Virus record (IMG/VR): IMGVR_UViG_3300042391_000141
Location: 1 to 34,069 of that record
Reading direction: 5' to 3' (one strand)
Origin: a virus
Taxonomy: Duplodnaviria > Caudoviricetes
DNA length: 34,069 nucleotides
Shown piece by piece: positions 25,006 through 31,158 of this stretch. Numbering within the stretch: the first letter of the stretch is position 1; each line of letters begins with the position of its first letter. The notes under the pieces were generated by a model. That model ran no database searches and had not been told where the DNA came from. It worked only from the letters and a program-made list of their open reading frames with translations. Made by a program: the position numbers and the translations under genes.

Positions 25006-25817
25006 CCAGCAATGCCAGAACCGACACCGCTAAAATAAACGAAGTTGTGATTTAAAGTCATTAAAACGCTTTTCTTGTTTCTCATAATATTCTTGGTCTA
25101 TTTCAAATCCTACAAAGTTGAACCCGCCTTTATACGCTGCAATCCTACTGCTTCCACTTCCTAAATGAGTGTCAAGTATCGTTGCCCCAATTTCAGCATA
25201 GTTTTGTAAAAGCCAATCGTATAAAGCAACTGGTTTTTGTGTTGGGTGTATTTTATCCTCTGCACTTGTTTTGCCTTGTAGGTTTCCGTAATATCTAAAA
25301 TCAAATTGTTTTGCCACCTTATTAAATGAAGTCCACGCCAATTCCCCATCCGCAAAGTTTGGAACTGGGTTTCCTTTATGCCAATAAATAAAGCCTTTGC
25401 ATCCGTTTTGCCATAAATAAGGAAAGTAATTGCCACCCCACACAATTTGATTTTTAGATACTCTCATTAGTTCGGCAAAATATTCATCGCTTGGAATATC
25501 ATCATCCCAGTTGCTATTTTTGTATTTGTTGGCTTTATACCTTTCTCCGTTACTTGCTTTATTGGTTCGGTTAAATTCTCCAAATCCAATCCCATAAGGC
25601 GGGTCAACTATTGCCAAATCAAAATGGTTATCTGCATAGCGTTTTAATGCCTTTACACAATCTTCCAAATAAACCTCCGAAGAAGGCACTGCTGGTAACA
25701 CGTGCTTTGCAAAAGCGGGGGTTTCCGTTTTCAAAGGAACATTATCGTTAAATATATCATTCATCTTTCTAATTAAATTTAGTGGTTAAATGCCCCGCCT
25801 TCGCAAAGCACCATACG
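25003..25817 (+). mobile_element. Gene cassette 1: methyltransferase plus attC-like site
   Basis: GTTACCAGCAATGCC (25002-25016) is the 14/15 inverse of GGCACTGCTGGTAAC (25685-25699), which is followed by the palindromic site. Confidence 0.75.
25030..25764 (-). CDS. Orphan DNA methyltransferase, N6/N4 beta class (244 aa)
   Basis: IVDPPYG, IHPTQKP and LDTHLGSGS motifs. Confidence 0.95.
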   Translation of the reverse strand: MNDIFNDNVPLKTETPAFAKHVLPAVPSSEVYLEDCVKALKRYADNHFDLAIVDPPYGIGFGEFNRTNKASNGERYKANKYKNSNWDDDIPSDEYFAELMRVSKNQIVWGGNYFPYLWQNGCKGFIYWHKGNPVPNFADGELAWTSFNKVAKQFDFRYYGNLQGKTSAEDKIHPTQKPVALYDWLLQNYAEIGATILDTHLGSGSSRIAAYKGGFNFVGFEIDQEYYEKQEKRFNDFKSQLRLF

Positions 25818-25823
25818 TTATAA
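25693..25823 (+). repeat. attC-like imperfect palindrome 1 (131 bp)
   Basis: TAAC-AC-GTGCTTTGCAAAAGCGGGG ... CCCCGCCTTCGCAAAGCAC-CATAC-GTTA. Confidence 0.8.
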
Positions 25824-26221
25824 GCAACCTTACGAAACCGTGCTAAGGTCAAAATTGGTTGACTTAATTTTAAAACAATTTCGCCAAAATCCAGTAACCA
25901 AATCTATTTTGGTGTGGTCTTTAACTCTATCATTTTTGTTTATTTCTTCTTTGATATTTTCAGAATCACATACTTGAACATCGGCAATGCCACCAAAAAA
26001 GAAAATGTATTTATCTCCAATTTCTATTGGTTCTGTATTTTCGTAACATTCAAAGTCAAATTCTTCTTCGTGTCCTTCGATTTTTGTTTTAAAATTTCTC
26101 ATTTTGTTTTTAATTTAAGTTAATAAAGGCTGCTTATAACAGCGTATATAAGAAATGGCACAGAAACCTTTGTGCTTAATCTTAACATTCTGCAAGTGCC
26201 ACTTCTCATATACGCAAAACG
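25818..26221 (+). mobile_element. Gene cassette 2: 90-aa ORF plus attC-like site
   Basis: GTTATAAGCAACC (25817-25829) is the 12/13 inverse of GGCTGCTTATAAC (26128-26140). Confidence 0.75.
25830..26102 (-). CDS. Hypothetical cassette-borne protein (90 aa)
   Basis: A-rich start region; its stop codon abuts the cassette boundary. Confidence 0.75.
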   Translation of the reverse strand: MRNFKTKIEGHEEEFDFECYENTEPIEIGDKYIFFFGGIADVQVCDSENIKEEINKNDRVKDHTKIDLVTGFWRNCFKIKSTNFDLSTVS

Positions 26222-26227
26222 TTATAA
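26134..26227 (+). repeat. attC-like imperfect palindrome 2 (94 bp)
   Basis: TAAC-A-GCGTATATAAGAAATGGCAC ... GTGCCACTTCTCATATACGC-AAAAC-GTTA. Confidence 0.8.
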
Positions 26228-26380
26228 TTCCCATTCTTCTACTTCTCCGCTTCCTTCGCATTCAGGACACTCAATCACTTCTGTACATCCACCGCAACAA
26301 TTCCAAGCTGGTTGGTCGCAATCAGTAGATACTTCAATTCTGCCTTTACCATCGCATTGTTTACATTCTACTTCAATCAT
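26222..26380 (-). CDS. Small DnaJ-type zinc-finger protein (52 aa)
   Basis: Read by hand: MIEVECKQCDGKG...CCGGC...CPECEGSG; ATGA-coupled to the upstream gene. Confidence 0.8.
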   Translation of the reverse strand: MIEVECKQCDGKGRIEVSTDCDQPAWNCCGGCTEVIECPECEGSGEVEEWEL

Positions 26381-26592
26381 AATGCTAAAATTTCGGTTAA
26401 TACTTTGATATATGCTTGTTCAATTCTTTCAAGTCCACGCTTGCAAGTGTCTATTCTGTTTAAGTGCTTTGCAATTATATTTGGAAATTGTGAGTAATAT
26501 TCCGTATTACTTTTAAGATAGTCAATTCTTGCTTTCATAGCTTGATGTAACTCAAATACATCATTTGCTTTATTGTGTAAATCGTAGTTCAT
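26377..26592 (-). CDS. Hypothetical protein (71 aa)
   Basis: Translationally coupled early ORF. Confidence 0.7.
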   Translation of the reverse strand: MNYDLHNKANDVFELHQAMKARIDYLKSNTEYYSQFPNIIAKHLNRIDTCKRGLERIEQAYIKVLTEILAL

Positions 26593-26771
26593 CGTTGCTC
26601 GTTTAAATTGTTTAACTTAATTTGTCGTATTCTGTTTAATCGTTGCTCATCAAACGTTGTAAAAAATTGCTTTCTGATTACATCGTTAATGTGGTTAACT
26701 TTTGGTATGTACTCATTCTCAATTGTAGTTGGTACATAGTTAGGGTTAAAAGTGTTGTGTAATGTTTTCAT
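26589..26771 (-). CDS. Hypothetical protein, first early gene (~60 aa, MKTLHNTF...)
   Basis: ATG 26771 lies downstream of the consensus promoter, so the longer TTG start is unlikely. Confidence 0.7.
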   Translation of the reverse strand: MKTLHNTFNPNYVPTTIENEYIPKVNHINDVIRKQFFTTFDEQRLNRIRQIKLNNLNEQR

Positions 26772-26794
26772 ATTATAAAGTTTAAATGTTTCAG

Positions 26795-26824
26795 CAAATA
26801 TAGTAATAATGTTTATAAGTGCAA
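26795..26824 (-). promoter_or_regulatory. Major early promoter TTG-N19-TATATTTG
   Basis: Full Bacteroidota -33/-7 consensus at the head of the early operon. Confidence 0.8.
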
Positions 26825-26889
26825 TACTTTTTAACAATTATTTTTAAATTATTTTTAGTTTCTCAATGTTTACAATACTTTCAGAGCAT

Positions 26890-26917
26890 AAAAAAAGTGG
26901 AGATTTCTCCCCACTTC
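26890..26917 (-). terminator. Intrinsic terminator
   Basis: AAGTGGGGAGA-AA-TCTCCACTTTTTTT. Confidence 0.8.
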
Positions 26918-26969
26918 TAACAATTAAACTAAAAAACTATGAAAATTCACTAAACAGAATAAGCGAATC
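26890..26969 (-). ncRNA. Candidate ~80-nt small RNA with anti-start-codon sequence
   Basis: TATATTTG at 26974-26981 and a terminator at the 3' end; contains TTTTCATAGTTTTTTAGTTTAA. Confidence 0.5.
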
Positions 26970-26982
26970 GTTGCAAATATAA

Positions 26983-27759
26983 CTATTTTAAATTGTTACG
27001 CATCTTAAATTGAATAAAATCCATATAAGTTTTGTTGTTTATAGTGAACTTTTTATTGCAAACTTGTCTGTCTGAACATTGCATTCTATGAGTTATAGTT
27101 CCAGCTGGTGTTGTGTACATACTTTTATAGTGTGGTAACTTGCCACAATTCGGGCATTCGAACTTTTCGCCACCTCTTAAAACTGCGTAATTAACTTTAT
27201 GTTTTGTATAAGGTGCTAATCTTTCGTAAACTTTCTCCAAGACAACGACATCCATATCGCAGTACTCAACCATTCGTTTAAGTGCTTCAGCATCTTTGTT
27301 AAAAATGATTGCTTTCCACATATCCATCCCTTCGTGTTTTAACTTTGCACCTACCCCAAGAAATTTAGCGATATAATCTAATTTATTCGAGTTAAAATTA
27401 AACTGGCTTTTAGCGTGTTTAAGCGTGTCAATAGTTTGGTATTGTGGAAACATATCTAATTGATGAAATAAGCAACGTGTACGCAACCATTTAATATCAA
27501 ATCTGTCGCCATTGTGAGCAACAATTTCATCTGCTTTGTTTAGTTCTTTGATAAACGCTTTTAAAAGTTTTTTATCACATTGGTTTTCATCCCACGTTAA
27601 GTTATGTACTTCGTCTTTACCTTCCCATTTCCAACTTACACAAATTATAGCACGTTCTTTAATAATATCGTCTGGTTGAATGTTTAAGTTGTAACCACTT
27701 CTCCAGAATATACCAATATTAAACGATGTTTCGATGTCAAAAAACAATCTCTTTCTCAT
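26983..27759 (-). CDS. RNase H-fold (DEDD/YprB-like) 3'-5' exonuclease with C-terminal Zn ribbon (258 aa)
   Basis: FFDIET, VAHNGDRFD, IDTL, LDYIAKFLG, YCDMDV and CPNCG motifs. Confidence 0.88.
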   Translation of the reverse strand: MRKRLFFDIETSFNIGIFWRSGYNLNIQPDDIIKERAIICVSWKWEGKDEVHNLTWDENQCDKKLLKAFIKELNKADEIVAHNGDRFDIKWLRTRCLFHQLDMFPQYQTIDTLKHAKSQFNFNSNKLDYIAKFLGVGAKLKHEGMDMWKAIIFNKDAEALKRMVEYCDMDVVVLEKVYERLAPYTKHKVNYAVLRGGEKFECPNCGKLPHYKSMYTTPAGTITHRMQCSDRQVCNKKFTINNKTYMDFIQFKMRNNLK

Positions 27760-27778
27760 AAATAAAATTTAAGTAAAT

Positions 27779-27803
27779 AAAAAAACCACTATTAAAGTGG
27801 CTT
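27779..27803 (-). terminator. Intrinsic terminator after the endolysin gene
   Basis: GCCACT-TTAAT-AGTGGT-TTTTTT, overlapping the stop codon. Confidence 0.6.
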
Positions 27804-28244
27804 GTAAGATATATATTGTGTTTTACCACCGATTATAATTGCTCTTAACGCTTGTTTTCTATTGTTACCTTTACGATACGATATGTGAAACCAATTAGCG
27901 TGTGTATCGTTTCCAAACTCATAGATAGCTTGGTCAAATTCTACGTTTTTAAGAATCCAATCAAACAATTTTCTATTTGTTAATTCCAAATCAAACGCTT
28001 CGCCTTTTGTATGTTGGCTACCAGACGCACCGCCTATTAATTTATTAAGTTGCTCGCATCTAAAACCACTACTTATTTTAATTGGTGCGTTTAAATGCTT
28101 TCTAAGTGGCTCAAAAACATTCTCACATAGTTGCATAGCTTTGTCAATTGCTATTAAACCCATTGAATTATTAATTCCTTTTTTAATTGCAGTTGGAGAA
28201 TAGCAAAATTCTTCCATTGTAACGTGTTTACTTAAAGTTTTCAT
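27792..28244 (-). CDS. Endolysin, peptidase M15A family (150 aa)
   Basis: ISSGFRC..LN..IGG...SQH..GEAFD...WFHIS. Confidence 0.9.
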   Translation of the reverse strand: MKTLSKHVTMEEFCYSPTAIKKGINNSMGLIAIDKAMQLCENVFEPLRKHLNAPIKISSGFRCEQLNKLIGGASGSQHTKGEAFDLELTNRKLFDWILKNVEFDQAIYEFGNDTHANWFHISYRKGNNRKQALRAIIIGGKTQYISYKPL

Positions 28245-28690
28245 AGTATTTTTGGCTTAAAGATAAACGAAATTATCGTAATACAAATTAAACCAATAAC
28301 AATTAATAAAAGCGTGTATGGAAATGGTTTAGTTTTAGTTCTATATTCTTTGCGAATCTTAACCTTTTCAAGTCTTAACGTATCTCGTTTAAGTTTATAT
28401 TCTATTCTAATCTCTTGACGTGTTTTAGGCACATATAAACGTTTGTACTGAATGATTGTATCTTTAGTGGTAAAATACTTCTCGAAGTAAAAAGTATCGT
28501 TTAAAACCACTTTAAATGAATCTATTGAAGCAATGCGTATCGTGTCGCTTGTTTGCTCTAACTTTGCACCTTTTTTATAAGCTCTATTGATATGCCATTT
28601 AGCAGAACACGAAGTAAAATAAAATACTAAATAAATAGATATTAACCATAAGATTAACATCGAAAATAAATGTTTAAAGTCTATTTTCAT
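28241..28690 (-). CDS. Spanin-like lipoprotein, possibly unimolecular (149 aa)
   Basis: Lipobox FTS-C after a hydrophobic stretch, C-terminal transmembrane helix, adjacent to the endolysin. Confidence 0.65.
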   Translation of the reverse strand: MKIDFKHLFSMLILWLISIYLVFYFTSCSAKWHINRAYKKGAKLEQTSDTIRIASIDSFKVVLNDTFYFEKYFTTKDTIIQYKRLYVPKTRQEIRIEYKLKRDTLRLEKVKIRKEYRTKTKPFPYTLLLIVIGLICITIISFIFKPKIL

Positions 28691-28991
28691 ACTCCTCTTT
28701 TAATGAATAATATTTTTTCTCCCACGTTCGCAATTCTTTTCGTAGTTTGTCGTTTTCAATACGCAATTGTTGAACTTCATCTTTTAAAGATTGCATCTCC
28801 TGTTTCATATCTACGTAACGCTGCTCTATATCTTTAACGAAATTATCATAAACAACTTGCATAGAAGATACTGCGTCTGAACTTGCTTTTTTTTCTTCGA
28901 TGCGTTTCATTCTCTTACCGCTAAAATAAGCGACAACAATTCCAACTACTCCAGTCATTGCTTCCCAATGGTTTAATAAATTCTTAATCAT
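28674..28991 (-). CDS. Membrane-anchored coiled-coil protein in the lysis module (105 aa)
   Basis: N-terminal hydrophobic helix followed by heptad repeats. Confidence 0.65.
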   Translation of the reverse strand: MIKNLLNHWEAMTGVVGIVVAYFSGKRMKRIEEKKASSDAVSSMQVVYDNFVKDIEQRYVDMKQEMQSLKDEVQQLRIENDKLRKELRTWEKKYYSLKEEYENRL

Positions 28992-29295
28992 TACTTTTTT
29001 CTTTTTTTAGGTATTGTGCAACTGTGAAAATTGTAACAAACCAAAGGTCGTTAAGCGTGTAAGTGGTTTCTTGTCTAAATAGTAAAACGTAAATGTTGTT
29101 TACTACCATTGAATTAAATAGTTTTTCTACAAAGTTATTCTCAGACTTGTATTTAATAGATATAATTATAATAAGGGAAAGTATGGAGTTATTCAAACCC
29201 CACCATTTATACGTATCATTTTTAAAAAACAATTCGCATATTTGAAAGTTACCAAAATAAAGTAACAATATTAATATACCTATTGCTTTATTCAA
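28984..29295 (-). CDS. Multi-pass membrane protein, holin candidate (103 aa)
   Basis: 3-4 hydrophobic segments and a charged C-terminus; TTG start overlaps the upstream stop. Confidence 0.55.
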   Translation of the reverse strand: MNKAIGILILLLYFGNFQICELFFKNDTYKWWGLNNSILSLIIIISIKYKSENNFVEKLFNSMVVNNIYVLLFRQETTYTLNDLWFVTIFTVAQYLKKEKSND

Positions 29296-29531
29296 CGTGG
29301 CGGTTTTATGTATGGTCTATTAGGATTTTTAGGGTCTGTATTTCGCAACGATAAACCATCGTTAAACATTTCTTTAATGCTTGGTAAAAAGATTGTTAGC
29401 AAAAGCCCTAATAACTTAATCCAGTTAATTAACGCTTCATTCATTCCTATACCTTTTAACATTTCAAATTGAGTGTCTGCAATAGCGCATACTGCAATAA
29501 CTAAAGGTAGGTACTTGATTAATTTTTTCAT
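29292..29531 (-). CDS. Small membrane protein, holin candidate (79 aa)
   Basis: Two hydrophobic segments and a Pro/basic tail. Confidence 0.6.
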   Translation of the reverse strand: MKKLIKYLPLVIAVCAIADTQFEMLKGIGMNEALINWIKLLGLLLTIFLPSIKEMFNDGLSLRNTDPKNPNRPYIKPPR

Positions 29532-29740
29532 ATAATTTGTGTTTGTGGTTTCGGATTATACACGCTTATTGGCAAATCATTAAGCCATAAAAAATCGTGG
29601 TTTGCTAAAAAGTTAATTTCTTCTTCAGATATTACCCATTTGTCGTTAGCATCTAAAATAGGATTGAAATAACTATCAGGAGCGTATTGCTGTCCTACAA
29701 GTTGGTCTTTTTGTTCTACGGTTAAATATGCGATATTCAT
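29528..29740 (-). CDS. Hypothetical protein, possible partner of the upstream tail protein (70 aa)
   Basis: LT.EQKD.LVGQ.Y..DSYFNPI.D motif. Confidence 0.7.
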   Translation of the reverse strand: MNIAYLTVEQKDQLVGQQYAPDSYFNPILDANDKWVISEEEINFLANHDFLWLNDLPISVYNPKPQTQII

Positions 29741-29746
29741 ATATTA

Positions 29747-30625
29747 TCAAATTATGGCTCTATTTAAAGTGGTTTGAAATTTCTGTACTGCTAAATATAG
29801 GTTTGATGCTTCGGTGTCAGTTAATCCATCTCCTAAGAATGCAAAGGCGTGTTGGTATTGGTTATAAAATCCTTGTGTTATATTATTTTCATTTCTTGCA
29901 CCAAAATAAAAATTTGCAGTTGGTATATCAACCACACTTGTTGTTTTAGTTCCTAACAAAACATTATTTCTAAATGCCTTAAATAAAGTACTTGTAGTTC
30001 TACTACCAAAAATCAAACCAGTAGTTGGAGATGCTGTATATAATATTTGTGTTGTTAACGCTCCATTTATAAAATCTCCCACACTTACATTATTTTGTAA
30101 ATAATTACTACCTGTTAAACATCCGTATATTTTTGCTCCAAATGCTTGTTCTGTTTTAGAATATAAACCAAAAGAATTACTATTTACATTTAAAATTGTT
30201 TTAGGATTTAAAAAGGTGTTTGCATAACCATTTGTGCCATTCGGCAATACTCCATTACTTGAATGTGTCCACCCACCATTAAAAGACAATCTAAACGCAA
30301 CGTCTAAATCTCTTGGGTCTTTCAAGTTGAATTTATGAGTTGTAGCAGTACCTCCAACAAATGGATAGATAGCTTTCATTTTAGACCAAGTACCATCTTT
30401 CTTCATATCAACAACCAAAGTATCTAAAGCACTTGTAATAGTAGCATCTGTTATACCTGTTGCACTTAAAAAAGCAGTAGTGTCCGCATCTTGTCGTAAT
30501 CCGTATATTTCTGTATCTCCTGCAGGAGAAGTCTTTTGCACAATCCCCCAGCTAATAAGATTATTGAAAGCACCTCTACCCCAATTGATAACATTATTTA
30601 TTACACCTAATCCCCAAACCGCCAT
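29747..30625 (-). CDS. Putative virion protein with ConA/LamG-like beta-sandwich (292 aa)
   Basis: W.KMKAIYPFVGG...HKFNL, NGTNGYANT and AF.GDGLT patterns; beta-rich. Confidence 0.65.
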   Translation of the reverse strand: MAVWGLGVINNVINWGRGAFNNLISWGIVQKTSPAGDTEIYGLRQDADTTAFLSATGITDATITSALDTLVVDMKKDGTWSKMKAIYPFVGGTATTHKFNLKDPRDLDVAFRLSFNGGWTHSSNGVLPNGTNGYANTFLNPKTILNVNSNSFGLYSKTEQAFGAKIYGCLTGSNYLQNNVSVGDFINGALTTQILYTASPTTGLIFGSRTTSTLFKAFRNNVLLGTKTTSVVDIPTANFYFGARNENNITQGFYNQYQHAFAFLGDGLTDTEASNLYLAVQKFQTTLNRAII

Positions 30626-31158
30626 TATACAAATCCTTTAAAGTTTCCGTACTTATCAATTATAATCTCTTTACCTCTTGAAATTATCGTACTCATATTA
30701 TTAACCTCTAAATTCTCCTTTTGTTCTATTTTATTCTTCAAAAAAGTTTCTAAAGTTTCTAATTCTTTGGCTTTTTCTTTTAACTCTTTGTCAAAATTAC
30801 GCAGTTTAGAACGCATAAACTTTAGCTTGTCTATAGTTAAATTATTCTTCTCAATCAAAAAGTTCATTTCATCTTTAAAACCTTTTCGTTCTTGCGATAG
30901 TTTTTCTTTATCTGCTAATACTTCAAGCAAACGCTTTTCTACATCGTTTTTAATCGTTTTAACGTGCTTTCTTTCATTTTCTACACTATCTATCGAACTA
31001 TGCAAAATAAGTTCTTTAGATTCAAGATTTTTATTAAATTCGATTAACTCGCTTTCAATACCGTTTAAACTTAGTTCACGGTTATTGAGAACACTCTCCC
31101 AATCTTGCAACTGAGAAAGTGTTTTACCGAAAAGATATTTCTTAATAAATTCTATCAT
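30625..31158 (-). CDS. Hypothetical coiled-coil protein (177 aa)
   Basis: Long E/K/L-rich heptads; coupled to neighbours on both sides. Confidence 0.7.
   Translation of the reverse strand: MIEFIKKYLFGKTLSQLQDWESVLNNRELSLNGIESELIEFNKNLESKELILHSSIDSVENERKHVKTIKNDVEKRLLEVLADKEKLSQERKGFKDEMNFLIEKNNLTIDKLKFMRSKLRNFDKELKEKAKELETLETFLKNKIEQKENLEVNNMSTIISRGKEIIIDKYGNFKGFV

Noticed and set aside
24894-25085. 63-aa ORF crossing the cassette boundary
   Set aside because: It overlaps two real genes and spans a predicted recombination junction; likely incidental.
25161-25445. Alternative-frame ORF inside the cassette methyltransferase
   Set aside because: Fully nested, with no motif and no slippery site seen.
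25693-26227. Palindromes as plain terminators, tRNAs or IS ends
   Set aside because: They have large loops, no U-tract, no cloverleaf, no transposase and no target duplication. None of these would explain the cross-gene core complementarity.
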